Positions 1-11,154 are shown, counted from the stretch's first letter. The stretch: DNA of 64,000 bases from Candidatus Levybacteria bacterium RIFCSPHIGHO2_01_FULL_41_15 (GCA_001782165.1 MFNV01000005.1:545-64544); one strand, 5' to 3'. Made by a program: numbers and translations. The notes: generated by a model not told the origin, from the letters alone.

Positions 1-1
1 G

Positions 2-958
2 CAGCCACTTCTCTCCTAATACAATAAGAATAATCTCTCTTGGAAAAAGGAATAGTATTGTAGAAAGAATTAGACTTAAAATAGATATTACTCCAATCGT
101 TTTAAAAAACGCTGCTTTTAATCTTTGTTTATCTCCCCCAATAATTGAATAAACAGGAAAAACAACCCTATTAAATACGTCCGAGATCTCAGACAAAGGA
201 ATTATTGAAATTTTATAGGCCATTTGATAAACGCCTAAGATAGGTGCTCCTAAAAGTCTTCCGACCATAATGCTGTCCCCTTCTTGAGCTAAATAATTAA
301 AAACACCATACGCTGTAACCCACTTTCCTTTATGCAGGATTTCTGAAATATAAGCTCTTTGAAAGTTAATCCCGGGAGTTGGTTTGATTATGAAGAAAGA
401 TACTAATACTTCAAGAACCGCCCCGGCCAGAAGTCCCCATATAAGACTGTAAACCGAGTGTGTAAGCAGGGCAAAAATTATTGCGACAGTTGCATCGACT
501 ATAAATATAGACGACCTAAGCCAAAATTCATTTTTAAAATTTAGTTCTTTTTGAAACTTAACTATCATAGGATTTATGAATCCACGAATTAAAGGTACTA
601 AGCTAATTAAAATTAATATAGTAAGAGATTTAGAAGAATTAAAAAAAGATGAAATAAATGGAGAAGAAATTAAAATTAAAAGGGCAATTAGAACACCTCT
701 GGCAATTGAGACCACCCATGCAGAGTCGATATTTTTTTTTATATCTTCTTTTGACTGAATTAAAAAAACATTTACTCCGGTTTCTGTAAGAAGTTCAAGC
801 AGTGCGAGGGTAATTGAAGCTATCCCAAAAATTCCAAAGTCAGACGGACTAAGCACTCTTGCCAATATGGCAATCTTTAAAAAAGAAAATAGCCGAGTTA
901 CAAGTCTAAAGGCAGACATCCAAGACACACCTTTTATTGCTCTTTTCGTGTAGCCCAT
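2..958 (-). CDS. Polysaccharide/oligosaccharide flippase (Wzx/WzxC-like, MOP superfamily); 3' part runs off the window
   Basis: Absent from the ORF track because it is open at the window edge. Manual translation from ATG at 958 gives MGYTKRAIKGVSWMSAFRLVTRLFSFLKIAILARVLSPSDFGIFGIA, the typical 'LARxLxPxDFG' flippase N-terminus. Confidence 0.85.
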   Translation of the reverse strand, partial: MGYTKRAIKGVSWMSAFRLVTRLFSFLKIAILARVLSPSDFGIFGIASITLALLELLTETGVNVFLIQSKEDIKKNIDSAWVVSIARGVLIALLILISSPFISSFFNSSKSLTILILISLVPLIRGFINPMIVKFQKELNFKNEFWLRSSIFIVDATVAIIFALLTHSVYSLIWGLLAGAVLEVLVSFFIIKPTPGINFQRAYISEILHKGKWVTAYGVFNYLAQEGDSIMVGRLLGAPILGVYQMAYKISIIPLSEISDVFNRVVFPVYSIIGGDKQRLKAAFFKTIGVISILSLILSTILFLFPREIILIVLGEKWL

Positions 959-1014
959 AAATATTATTGAAATTATATCATCTTTTGATCTATAATTGAT
1001 CAAACTTTTATCTA

Positions 1015-2244
1015 ATGAGTACAGTCAATGTTGCGATTAAAGGATGCAGAGCGTGCTATTCCAAAAGACTACTTAACGTTATTTCATTTGGTAACCTATA
1101 TCTTTCTGATTTTTTGAAAACTAATAAAAAACCGCCAAAGTACCCACTGGCACTGGTTTTATGTCAGAACTGTTCTCTTCTTCAACTTAGACATACAACT
1201 CCACCCTCCCTACTTTATACCGATAATTACGGATACAAATCCGGAATTAACCAAACGATGAAGGATCACCTAAAAGAAATTGTTTTAGTCTCTTTAAGAA
1301 AATTAGGAAAAAGAAAAAATAAAATAATAGCGGTTGATATTGGCGCAAATGATGGAACGCTTGTTTCCTTTTACCCAAAAAATGTTTATAAGATAGGGAT
1401 AGAACCAATTAAAAAACTTGCCAAGGAGTGTAAAGACTATTCGGATATAGTTATAAATGATTATTTTAACTACCCCTCATATAAAAAGTACTTAGGCAAT
1501 AAAAAAGCCAACATTATTACTGCTATTTCCTGTTTTTACGATATAGCTAATCCAAACAAGTTTTTGCACGACATTACAAAAATTCTAAAAGAGGACGGTA
1601 TTTTTGTTATTCAGCAAAATTATTTAAAATCAATGCTTGAGCAAAATGCGTTCGATAATGTTGTTCATGAACATCTTGAATATTATTCTCTGCTGTCACT
1701 TCAAAACTTACTAAAAAAACATAATCTTGAGGTTTTTAATGTGGAAGTAAACGAGATAAATGGAGGAAGCTTTAGAACATACATATGCTTTAGGAAAAAA
1801 AAACCTATTTCAGAATCCGTTAAAAATCTTCTAATGACTGAGAAAAGGCTTAATTTTGATAGAAAAACAATTTATAAAGAGTTTGCAAAGAGGGTGAAGG
1901 AAAATAAAAACATTCTGAAAAAATTTATAAAAACCGAAATCAAGAAGGGAAAGAAAATATATGTTTATGGAGCATCAACAAGAGGAAATACTCTTTTTCA
2001 GTATTTTAAATTAAATAAAAAATTGATTCCTTATGCAGTTGAGAGAAATCCAGAGAAATGGGGTAAAAAAATAGCATCAGTAGGAATCCCCATCATTTCA
2101 GAACAACAGGCAAGAAAAGATAAACCTGATTACATGCTTGTTTTGCCTTGGTTCTTTAAAGAGGAATTTTTAAAAAGGGAAAAAGAATATCTTGAAAAAG
2201 GCGGACATCTTATCTTTCCCTTACCTCAGCTTGAAATCATTTAA
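1015..2244 (+). CDS. NDP-sugar C-methyltransferase family protein
   Basis: N-terminal CxxC...CxxC zinc site, DIGANDG SAM motif, HEHLEYYS motif, C-terminal YGASTRGNTL domain. Confidence 0.85.
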   Translation: MSTVNVAIKGCRACYSKRLLNVISFGNLYLSDFLKTNKKPPKYPLALVLCQNCSLLQLRHTTPPSLLYTDNYGYKSGINQTMKDHLKEIVLVSLRKLGKRKNKIIAVDIGANDGTLVSFYPKNVYKIGIEPIKKLAKECKDYSDIVINDYFNYPSYKKYLGNKKANIITAISCFYDIANPNKFLHDITKILKEDGIFVIQQNYLKSMLEQNAFDNVVHEHLEYYSLLSLQNLLKKHNLEVFNVEVNEINGGSFRTYICFRKKKPISESVKNLLMTEKRLNFDRKTIYKEFAKRVKENKNILKKFIKTEIKKGKKIYVYGASTRGNTLFQYFKLNKKLIPYAVERNPEKWGKKIASVGIPIISEQQARKDKPDYMLVLPWFFKEEFLKREKEYLEKGGHLIFPLPQLEII

Positions 2245-2963
2245 TTAATAAAACGATTAAATCTTATAGATAAAACAAAAAAGAGCGACCGAAATAGTTC
2301 TTTTATATCAACATTTGACTTACCCTCTTTTTTCACACTGACCGTTATTGGCACTTCTGTTACTCTAAATCCATTCTTATCTAACAGAAAGAGTGTCTCC
2401 GAAAGAGTTATAAAACCATTAGACCTTATTTTACTTTTACATAAAAATTCTGTAGATTTTCTGTTATACATCCTAAATCCTCCGGTAAAATCGCTAAGCT
2501 TGATGTTCAACCAAAATCGTAAAAATAAATTGATTATTCTGCTTAGAATTATTCTGCTTAAAACTATATTTATTGTTTTGCCTCCCTCTATATAACGAGA
2601 CCCTATTACTACATCACATTTCCCCGTCATTATCTTATTTAAAAATCGTGGCATCTGGCTAGGATTATGAGCCAAATCAGAATCAATTTCAAAAAAATAT
2701 TTTATATTTTTATTTTTAAACGCCTCTTTAAACCCTTCCATAACAGCGCTCCCCCTTCCCAATTTTTTAAATCTAAAGATAATTTTTACATTCTTATAAT
2801 TTTTTAATAGAGACTTAATTTTATGTGCTTCTTTTTTGGGAGAATCATCAATGATTATTGTCAATGAGTCTGGAAGAATATTTTTTATTTTCAGTACAAG
2901 AGCCTTAATATTTTTCTCAGATTCCCTATAGGAAGGTACAATTACTGCTGTATTTTTATCCAT
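2241..2963 (-). CDS. Polyprenol-monophosphomannose synthase-like GT2 (DPM1-like)
   Basis: VIVPSYRE, IIIDDS, DSDLAH, GSRY, DFTGGFR motifs. Confidence 0.85.
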   Translation of the reverse strand: MDKNTAVIVPSYRESEKNIKALVLKIKNILPDSLTIIIDDSPKKEAHKIKSLLKNYKNVKIIFRFKKLGRGSAVMEGFKEAFKNKNIKYFFEIDSDLAHNPSQMPRFLNKIMTGKCDVVIGSRYIEGGKTINIVLSRIILSRIINLFLRFWLNIKLSDFTGGFRMYNRKSTEFLCKSKIRSNGFITLSETLFLLDKNGFRVTEVPITVSVKKEGKSNVDIKELFRSLFFVLSIRFNRFIN

Positions 2964-5527
2964 TATTTTTCAATTTTTTCAAAAAAAGAAATATTAGGAA
3001 TAAAGATAAGTCCTGATATATAATAATCGAATTCGCTATTAATTAAATTAAAATATTTAAAATCAGGTTTAAATTCGGCAGCTTCAACATAATTTCTTCC
3101 CATTTTTTCAATAATATCCCTTTTCTCTGATTTCTTAAGATATTTAGCTTCTATTTCGCTATTAGTTAAAACTACAACTTCGGGAAAATTGTCAGTTTGA
3201 GAATTAATAATCTGATAGCTAAAGTTGGTAGCTTGAATATTGTTATATTGAGCTAAGTAAAACTCCCTTAGGACTATATCTGGTAAAAACTGGTATATCG
3301 GTATATTTTCAATTCCAATCGTAACTTTTTTGGGAATATTAGCAATCAGCCATTTTGATGATTCCACTCTTGGATCGGGGTTCAATCTTACCGTTACCCA
3401 AGACAACGATTCAAACATTTGAAACCCCATAAGCAAAATAAAGACTATTAGGATTGGATATTTAAGAAGATGACTTTTTATAAATTTATAAATTCTGACA
3501 TAAACCACTAATTGAATTAAAACAATAAAAGGAAGTAAAACAAGTGTCCTATTTGATGCTGCTCCAATCTTAAGAGGAATAAAACTTAAAGCAAAAAAAA
3601 TAAAAAACAAAAGTGTTAAAATGTTGATTCGATTTTTAAAAATTGACTTAAAATAAAATAAGGTACCTGTAATTAGAGACAACAAGAATCCAAAATATAA
3701 AACGCGCCCAAAAGTTACTGGGTATATTTTATACAAAAGGACTTGGGCATAATTCATCCCAATATTATAAATATCAGAAGTTGTCTCTGGTGTTCGAAAA
3801 AGATTGGACTGAAGATACTCTAAAATGTTTCCCTTACCTAAGATTAAGTCAGGTACACCAAACAATAGAAAGGTAGCTAAAAAAATAAATAATCCCAAGA
3901 AAAGTTGAGAAATATATTTTTTATAATTAGGCGTGAAAATCAAAAAAGTTACTATGTACAAGAGGATAAGTGGGATTGCGCTTAATTTAGTTGAGAGAGA
4001 CAGCCCTGAAAAAAATCCTGCCAGTAAAAAATTGCTCGTGTTTGGATTCACTGTATATCTTAAGAAAAACAAAAATGATAAAAGAACCCAAAACAATAGG
4101 GCTATGTCATATTTAAAATAATTATTTAAAATTAACCAAAGAGGGTTGAAGATAAATAAAAAGGAAACCAAAAAAGGGTTTAGTTTAAAATATTTTTTTG
4201 ACATATAAGCAAGAACTAAGATGCAAAAAACTCCAAATAAAATCGTGTTTGATCTTAAAATAATAAAAAGATTTTCCTGAAGCTCCATATCCGTAACAGA
4301 CGATTTTATGTTAAAGGGATTTATAATTCCCAGTAGATAAAAGGGGATTAGATAAATTCCTGTTAGAAAAAACTGGAATATAGATCCGTTTGCTCCTCCG
4401 GGCATATTAGGTGTTCCATGCCTAAAAAGATTTCTGACAGCCTGGGATTGGTGCCACTCATCCATAAAGTAGGTAAAGGGATGATTTTTGTTTGGAATAC
4501 CAACCGGCATCATCAAAAGTTCGAGAATTATGAAAATGACAAGCAACAAAATTAGAACTTTATTCCTTTTTACTAGAGAAAGAATGTTTATTTGACTTCC
4601 TCTTTTTACAAAACCAGCTGTAGTTCCCGAAATTGCCGCAATATCGGATGTGAATTGAAGCAAAGGAAGATAAGAAAATCCTAAAATGTGCTTAACGTAT
4701 TTATAATTTTTAATTATTGTCCATAAAATGTATGAGATAAATAAAATAATTGAAAAGATTAACAAAGGAGTTGACTTTTCAATAATATTTAAGGGAATCA
4801 AGTAAAGACCTATTAGATATCTTAGGAAAATTAAAAAAACCTTCGGCCTTATAATTTCTGCTTCTATATCACCTAGTGCAAATCTGAAAAACATTACAAA
4901 TGATTCTTTTAAATTTTTTCTTGGAATCCAATTAACTATTGCATTCTTTTGAAATTTGATTTTTGCTCCCAATTTTTTTAACTTAAAAGCGAAATCGTAA
5001 TCTTCATTATGAGATAAATTTTCATTAAATCCTCCAGCTTTCCTCCATACGAACTTCTTAAAAGCCATAGAACGAGTAGTGGGAAGAAAATTTTTAGGAT
5101 CGACTTTATCGGGCATAACCAAAACATAAGGAGTAAGTGATTTTTGAAATATATTTTTATATAAACCCTTGTAGTATCCTGCGACTACATCGACCTTCGG
5201 ATCTAAAAATGGTTGCGTAATATTTCTAATCCAATTTTTATCCAAAGTGCATCCTGAATCTGTCGATAGAATTATACTTCCTGAGGATCTACTTATACCA
5301 AAGTTTCTCCCTGTAGATCTATTTCCCTTTTTTTCAAATAATTTAACATTAAGCTTTTTTTTATATTCAATGATTTTCCCTTTAATTCTTTCTATCGTTC
5401 TGTCTGTACTACCACCGTCAATGATAACTATTTCATCAGGGATTTTTGTTTGTTTAGAGATTGAATCAATTAGCTGTCCACTAGAGTTTTCTTCGTTAAT
5501 AACAGTTATGACAAGAGATGATTTCAT
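2963..5527 (-). CDS. Fusion of GT2 glycosyltransferase (N-terminal) and multi-TM GT-C/PMT-like glycosyltransferase (C-terminal)
   Basis: N-terminal IIDGGSTD, TDSG, GGFNE, EDYDF; C-terminal 'FMDE' luminal motif followed by about 10 hydrophobic helices and STK. Confidence 0.75.
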   Translation of the reverse strand: MKSSLVITVINEENSSGQLIDSISKQTKIPDEIVIIDGGSTDRTIERIKGKIIEYKKKLNVKLFEKKGNRSTGRNFGISRSSGSIILSTDSGCTLDKNWIRNITQPFLDPKVDVVAGYYKGLYKNIFQKSLTPYVLVMPDKVDPKNFLPTTRSMAFKKFVWRKAGGFNENLSHNEDYDFAFKLKKLGAKIKFQKNAIVNWIPRKNLKESFVMFFRFALGDIEAEIIRPKVFLIFLRYLIGLYLIPLNIIEKSTPLLIFSIILFISYILWTIIKNYKYVKHILGFSYLPLLQFTSDIAAISGTTAGFVKRGSQINILSLVKRNKVLILLLVIFIILELLMMPVGIPNKNHPFTYFMDEWHQSQAVRNLFRHGTPNMPGGANGSIFQFFLTGIYLIPFYLLGIINPFNIKSSVTDMELQENLFIILRSNTILFGVFCILVLAYMSKKYFKLNPFLVSFLFIFNPLWLILNNYFKYDIALLFWVLLSFLFFLRYTVNPNTSNFLLAGFFSGLSLSTKLSAIPLILLYIVTFLIFTPNYKKYISQLFLGLFIFLATFLLFGVPDLILGKGNILEYLQSNLFRTPETTSDIYNIGMNYAQVLLYKIYPVTFGRVLYFGFLLSLITGTLFYFKSIFKNRINILTLLFFIFFALSFIPLKIGAASNRTLVLLPFIVLIQLVVYVRIYKFIKSHLLKYPILIVFILLMGFQMFESLSWVTVRLNPDPRVESSKWLIANIPKKVTIGIENIPIYQFLPDIVLREFYLAQYNNIQATNFSYQIINSQTDNFPEVVVLTNSEIEAKYLKKSEKRDIIEKMGRNYVEAAEFKPDFKYFNLINSEFDYYISGLIFIPNISFFEKIEK

Positions 5528-5574
5528 ATTTGATTGATTGAAATTATAGCATCTTCTGGATTAAAATACTGTCA

Positions 5575-7422
5575 GTGTCCCAATATTTAACTAATATTTA
5601 TACTTCTTTGACTTTTTTAAAAAATGACTTTGTCAGCATTAATTTCGATATTTTAATACTTTATAACTTATTAATTAACATCTTTATATCACTTGGGCTT
5701 ATTGCCGTTTTTTATTTACTCGGATCTAAAATAAAAAACATTATTTTCAAAAAAGAAAATTTTTCAGAACAAAACATCTTTATCAAAATTGCATTCGGAT
5801 ACATATTTATAGGAAGCGGATTGGCAATAATTGGTTTCTTTTCTCTTTTGTATTCTTCGATAATAACCTTATATTTACTATTGTGTGTTTTGTTGGCTCT
5901 TTTACCCATAAATTCCTTTAGAAATAAAGGAATCGAATTAAGCAGATTTGTAAAAGAGTTATATAGAGATTTCAAAATTCACAAATGGATATTTATATGG
6001 ATAACACTATTTATTTTTATAGGCTTTTTAAAACTTCAGTCACCGGAGATTCGAGAAGACCAGTATCACACAGATCTCCCAGTACAATATCTTAAAAACC
6101 ATTCAATAATGCTACCTTCAAAAGAACAAATTATGGTTTCTGCAAGTCCTCAGCTTTCGGAAATGAGCTATTTAATAGCTATATTTTTAGGATCTAAAGA
6201 AGCAGCAAGATATATTCACTTTATTTTTTACATATTAGTCTTGCTGTTATTATATTCACTATCAAAAGATAAAAAATATAAATTTGCGATAATAGCTCCC
6301 TTAATATTTGCAACTGCGCCCGAAGTAATGCGAGAAACTTCATCCCAATATAGTGACTTTCAGTGGATTTTTCTTTTTTTACTCGCGGTATTTATATTAA
6401 TTAAAAACAAATTAAGTATGACTAGCATATTTATTGCTGGAGTTATTATTGGCGCTATGATTTCGACTAAGCTATGGACGATTGCGTTTCTGATTACTCT
6501 AATTTTTTATTTAATTGTTAAAAATTACAAGTCAAAAATTATTCAGATTAAATCAATTCTATTTTTTACTATATCATCTGTCATTATTCCTTCTGTCTGG
6601 TTTCTAAGATCATATATTTTAACCGGTAATCCTGTGTATCCTGCGTTTTCAAATAAGGAGTTGCTGGAGGGATCCATTAACTTTGGGATACTCAATTATT
6701 TTAAGTTTAATTTTGTAATGTTTGGGACCCAAAATTTTAAAGTATTTAGTCCAATATTTTTCTTGGGAATTGTTTTTTTGCTTTATAAATTAAGGGGCAA
6801 TATTAAGGATTTGAAAAAAATGAACTTATCAATTTTTTTTATTTTTTTAGCAATTGAGTATATGTTTATAAATTATCCCTACGGAAGATATCTCTTGGGA
6901 CTTTATTCTGTTGCAATAATAATAGCTTCTATAGGTCTGTACCAATTTGTAGTTAAGCATGTATTTTTAAAATATTTAACATCAATAGTTTTATTTTTAT
7001 TATTTTTGTATTACTTTATAAACAGCTTGCTGGTTTTGCCTTACGGAATCGGAATGGCAGATAAAAATAAATATCTAACAAGAACGCTTTCAAAAGACAA
7101 TTCAAGCTATTATGATTTTGGTAGGCAGTTTGATAAGCATATAAGTAAAGATGATCTCGTGGCAACATACGGAGTATTCGGATATTATTATGCAGATTTT
7201 AATTACATCGATATCAATTACATATTTGACAGAAACAGTAGAGATTTTAATTTATTTAAAAAAAGAGGAGTTACCAAGCTTTTTATCAAAGGGGGGGATA
7301 TAAATTACTTTTGTACAAAAATTAATCTAAGAAATTGTAAACTTGAAAATTATGAACTTTTATCGCATTTCTCGGCAATACCATATTCAGCAGCGCAGTA
7401 TTATCTTTATTCGATAAAATGA
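5575..7422 (+). CDS. GT-C fold membrane glycosyltransferase (PMT/ArnT-like)
   Basis: Many TM segments with EDQYH, STK and TGNPVYP motifs; start codon (GTG) uncertain. Confidence 0.65.
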   Translation: MSQYLTNIYTSLTFLKNDFVSINFDILILYNLLINIFISLGLIAVFYLLGSKIKNIIFKKENFSEQNIFIKIAFGYIFIGSGLAIIGFFSLLYSSIITLYLLLCVLLALLPINSFRNKGIELSRFVKELYRDFKIHKWIFIWITLFIFIGFLKLQSPEIREDQYHTDLPVQYLKNHSIMLPSKEQIMVSASPQLSEMSYLIAIFLGSKEAARYIHFIFYILVLLLLYSLSKDKKYKFAIIAPLIFATAPEVMRETSSQYSDFQWIFLFLLAVFILIKNKLSMTSIFIAGVIIGAMISTKLWTIAFLITLIFYLIVKNYKSKIIQIKSILFFTISSVIIPSVWFLRSYILTGNPVYPAFSNKELLEGSINFGILNYFKFNFVMFGTQNFKVFSPIFFLGIVFLLYKLRGNIKDLKKMNLSIFFIFLAIEYMFINYPYGRYLLGLYSVAIIIASIGLYQFVVKHVFLKYLTSIVLFLLFLYYFINSLLVLPYGIGMADKNKYLTRTLSKDNSSYYDFGRQFDKHISKDDLVATYGVFGYYYADFNYIDINYIFDRNSRDFNLFKKRGVTKLFIKGGDINYFCTKINLRNCKLENYELLSHFSAIPYSAAQYYLYSIK

Positions 7423-7426
7423 ACAT

Positions 7427-9229
7427 ATGATTGATCCTTACAGAATGGTTTTTGTCAACCTTGTCTCTTCTATCCTTCTATTATCAGGGATACTTATTTA
7501 CAGATACATTTACCCAAAAAGAAAGATAAACCTCTTTATTCTTCTAGCTCTGATATCCATTCTTCCTGTTATAAGCATCTTTAGATCCGGAACATACGAA
7601 AGCGGAGATTTTAATATTCACATTTACAGAATAATGTCTTTCTATGATTCCCTCAGAGAGAGGAATTTGATGCCATCCTGGGCATCGGAACTGAATGCTA
7701 CCTATGGAAATCCGCTTTTTATTTTTAATTACAATCTTCCATATTACTTTATTTCTTTTTTTCATTTCTTAGGCTTAAGTTTTATTACAAGCATGAAGAT
7801 TTATCTTGGTTTAGTTTTTTATTTGTCCGGAATAACTATGTATTTCTTAGTCAAGGAGATAACAAATAGTAAGCTTGGGGCATTTGTTAGCAGCATCTTT
7901 TATCTATTTAGCCCCTATCACCTTATTGACGTCCACTTCAGAGCTACCCTTGGAGAATCTACTATATTTTTTTTGGCTCCCGTGCTCTTCTATTTCATTA
8001 TTAAATTTATTAAAGAACAACGCTTTAAATATTTTGTTATTTGTAGTCTGATTATGGGACTATTATTTCTTGCCCATCCCCTTCTTGCTACCGTATTCTT
8101 AGGAATAGGTATTCTATATATTCTGTTCAGGGATTTAAGAAATAAAAGCTATAAATCTACTTTGCTTCAATTACTTGCCCTACTTGTAGGAGCTACTGCT
8201 TCTATTTATGTTTGGATTTCATTTATTTTATACACGCCGTACATGTTTAAGCTCTCTGTATCTACAGCTGTCAGCGACTTACAGTTTTATCCGTTTACAC
8301 AGCTAATCTTTTCCCCCTGGAGGTATGGCTTATTATTTCAAGGCCCTAAAGGAGAATTAGCGCTCATCATGGGTTATGTCCAAATTTTCGTAATAGCAAT
8401 GTCCATAATTATGATTATCCTTAAAAAAATCCCAAAAAAAATACAATCTGATTATATTTTTTGGATATTCTTATGCATATTTTTCATATTTATGATGCAT
8501 CCATTATCAATATTTATATGGAAATATACTAATTATCAGTTTTTCAACATGGTAATTCCGTATGGACGCTTATCATTGGCAATTAGTTTCTGTATTTCCG
8601 TAATTACAGGGTACTTCACGCTAAGTTTTTCAGATTCTAAAATTAAAAAAAAGTTTATTTATATTCTATTAATAATTACAATAGGATCAACTATTTTAAA
8701 TTGGGGACACCGAAGAGTAATACCGCAAATTAACGATAGTGTTTTACGAAAAAATGTTTGGATTAGCACAATTACTGAGGGGACAACGGCATATTTCTTG
8801 AATAATAAATGGGCAGACATAAATAATTTTTGGTTTTCTGCACTACCGGAGAAACATTTGGAAATTATAAATGGATTAGGTACAGTTCAAGAAATTAAAA
8901 GGACTTCCACAAAACATACTTATATAGTAAATGCTCAGACTCCAATTGAAATTCAAGAAAACACACTCTATTTCCCTGGGTGGTCTTTATCGGTCAACAG
9001 TAAAAATAATTTAATATATCCTGGAAAAAGAGGAGTAATTAATGCAAAACTTCCTGCAGGATTACAAAAGGTCGAGCTCTCCTATAATGATATACCAGTA
9101 TATAGATTCACTAAAATCATAAGCGTATCAACCTTTAGTATTCTCTTAATTGCTTTCGTTTTTTCATTATTTCCTAATATTAAAAGACTAACTGTTTTAT
9201 CTTTCAAAAATTTTACTTCCAAACCATAA
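7427..9229 (+). CDS. GT-C membrane protein (PTPS-related/YfhO-like)
   Basis: GDFNIH...PSW...YGNPLFIFNY N-terminus, many TM helices, YFPGW in the C-terminal domain. Confidence 0.7.
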   Translation: MIDPYRMVFVNLVSSILLLSGILIYRYIYPKRKINLFILLALISILPVISIFRSGTYESGDFNIHIYRIMSFYDSLRERNLMPSWASELNATYGNPLFIFNYNLPYYFISFFHFLGLSFITSMKIYLGLVFYLSGITMYFLVKEITNSKLGAFVSSIFYLFSPYHLIDVHFRATLGESTIFFLAPVLFYFIIKFIKEQRFKYFVICSLIMGLLFLAHPLLATVFLGIGILYILFRDLRNKSYKSTLLQLLALLVGATASIYVWISFILYTPYMFKLSVSTAVSDLQFYPFTQLIFSPWRYGLLFQGPKGELALIMGYVQIFVIAMSIIMIILKKIPKKIQSDYIFWIFLCIFFIFMMHPLSIFIWKYTNYQFFNMVIPYGRLSLAISFCISVITGYFTLSFSDSKIKKKFIYILLIITIGSTILNWGHRRVIPQINDSVLRKNVWISTITEGTTAYFLNNKWADINNFWFSALPEKHLEIINGLGTVQEIKRTSTKHTYIVNAQTPIEIQENTLYFPGWSLSVNSKNNLIYPGKRGVINAKLPAGLQKVELSYNDIPVYRFTKIISVSTFSILLIAFVFSLFPNIKRLTVLSFKNFTSKP

Positions 9230-10084
9230 CATTTCACCGGGTATATAAAATGTCCATGTGCGCTTGAATTTAAAAAATGGCCTAATTGTTTTCATAATGA
9301 TTGAGCGTATAGGATACCTACTCAAAGAATTATCTAAGAGACCGTATGTCGCCACAAATGGATAAATTTTAGTAGCTATGTGCTTAAATCCTGAATGCTT
9401 TGCTAAATAATTCAAGCTTTGATGACTAAAATACTGAATATGCTGTCCCTGCCAGTACCACCAGTTTTTTCCTAATATTTTGCTTGGGAAAGAGCTCATA
9501 TCTCCTGTCCAGATAACAAGCAACCCTCCGGGTTTCAAAAGTTTACTAATATGCTTCAACTCCTCAACGGGATTTTCGAAATGCTCTATAACACCGAATA
9601 AAGTAATTACATCGTATCGGCCAGAAATTTTTCTTGCCAACTGCTCCAATCTTTCCCTATAAACTCTTATTCCTTTTCTTTTAACAAAATCTGAAGACCA
9701 CCTAGACAGTTCTAATCCTTCAACAGAATATCCAAAATTTCTTGCCTCTTCCAAGAATTCACCAGTTGCACACCCTACATCTAGAATAATACCTGAGCTT
9801 CTATATTTTTTAATAATAGGCAATATTTTTCGAGCAGATACTTTTATTGACTCTGTATAACGAAGATATTGCTTATCAACTACTTCTTCGTAGTTCTTAT
9901 ATATATTCTTGGGAATAGGAGAACAAAATACGTGTGTACATTTTTTACATTTTACAGTTCGAAAAATTTTTCCCGAACATGGTGTCTTTACATAAGTAAA
10001 AGATAATTTCTCAATCTCTACATTTGCAGGATATAATTCAAAGGTGTCTGTAGATCCACAAACAGTACACTTACTCGATTTCAT
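9197..10084 (-). CDS. Class I SAM-dependent methyltransferase
   Basis: CxxC...CxxC, LDVGCATG, VIEH, LKPGG. Confidence 0.85.
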   Translation of the reverse strand: MKSSKCTVCGSTDTFELYPANVEIEKLSFTYVKTPCSGKIFRTVKCKKCTHVFCSPIPKNIYKNYEEVVDKQYLRYTESIKVSARKILPIIKKYRSSGIILDVGCATGEFLEEARNFGYSVEGLELSRWSSDFVKRKGIRVYRERLEQLARKISGRYDVITLFGVIEHFENPVEELKHISKLLKPGGLLVIWTGDMSSFPSKILGKNWWYWQGQHIQYFSHQSLNYLAKHSGFKHIATKIYPFVATYGLLDNSLSRYPIRSIIMKTIRPFFKFKRTWTFYIPGEMLWFGSKIFER

Positions 10085-11142
10085 ATTTTGCTCCAGAGAT
10101 CTGAATAAATATCTGTAATATTACTCCAGTTTTGTTTTTTTACCCATCCAAATCCATTCCCTATCAAATCATTACTAGTCTCATTTTCTCTTAAAAAAAA
10201 TTCTATTTGCTTCGCTAGCCCTTGATGGTTTTTGGATATTGAGATAAATTTAGAAAAGGGAGCCATTTCAAGATAATCTTCTTTTATTGGATTATTGTAA
10301 TGGGCAAAAACTAATTTTTTATAAGCTAATGCTTCCAAGATTCCTAAATATCTAGATGTGAATACGAAATCACACACTCGAAAATATTTATCTGTGTTTT
10401 CTACAAATCCTTTAAATTCCGCATTGATTTTATTACTTTTTGAAAAGGTTTCTGCTTTTCTTCTCAATTTCCCATCACCAAGAATCGTTAATTCAAATTT
10501 TGTTCCTATATTTTTGAGCATTAACAGAGCCTTTAGATATTCCATTATCCCCGTCTCCTCCTCTAGCCTTCCAAGAAATAGTATTTTGTATTTGGAATTT
10601 TTTCTTTTAGATTTATTTGTTATTTGTAATTTGTGATTTGGGGTTTCTACGGCACCGTAGGTGATGTAATCCGGTTTTGTTCCATACCATTTTTTAAGAT
10701 AATCTCCAACGCATATATTTCCGTTTGAGAGTTTTTCTGCGATTTTATGCATAAGTTTTGCTTTAAATCCTGGAATTTTGTTTCCTTCATATCCATGGAA
10801 TGTCGTAAATACTTTTTTTGAAGGATGTAAAAATCTGAACGGGAGATACCAAAAAAATACATCGTGAATATGAACTATGTCTACGTCTCTAACTAAATTC
10901 CTTAATTTCCCAACCTGCCACCAAATTCTAAATTTTTTAAACCAATCATCTCTTCCAGGATTGATCCTAACTATGTTAATTCCTTGAGATTTTCCTTTTG
11001 TTTTTAATTCCTTTGAATATTTTTCCGTTAAAACTGTGATGCTATAACCTTTTTTTATTAAAATTTTTGAAATCTCAAGAACATGCTTCTCTACTCCACC
11101 TATATGGGGATAAAACAATCGGGAGAAAAAAAGAATTTTCAT
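10081..11142 (-). CDS. GT4 family glycosyltransferase
   Basis: MKILFFSRLFYPHIGGVE start (the track's 11190 start overlaps the tRNA), FLGRL, ILEA. Confidence 0.85.
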   Translation of the reverse strand: MKILFFSRLFYPHIGGVEKHVLEISKILIKKGYSITVLTEKYSKELKTKGKSQGINIVRINPGRDDWFKKFRIWWQVGKLRNLVRDVDIVHIHDVFFWYLPFRFLHPSKKVFTTFHGYEGNKIPGFKAKLMHKIAEKLSNGNICVGDYLKKWYGTKPDYITYGAVETPNHKLQITNKSKRKNSKYKILFLGRLEEETGIMEYLKALLMLKNIGTKFELTILGDGKLRRKAETFSKSNKINAEFKGFVENTDKYFRVCDFVFTSRYLGILEALAYKKLVFAHYNNPIKEDYLEMAPFSKFISISKNHQGLAKQIEFFLRENETSNDLIGNGFGWVKKQNWSNITDIYSDLWSKI

Positions 11143-11154
11143 AAAAAAGTGGCG

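Noticed and set aside
576-758. 60-aa plus-strand ORF and the many other short ORFs antisense to or nested in long genes
   Set aside because: They are shadows of well-supported genes on the other strand or frame (here the flippase) and carry no motifs.
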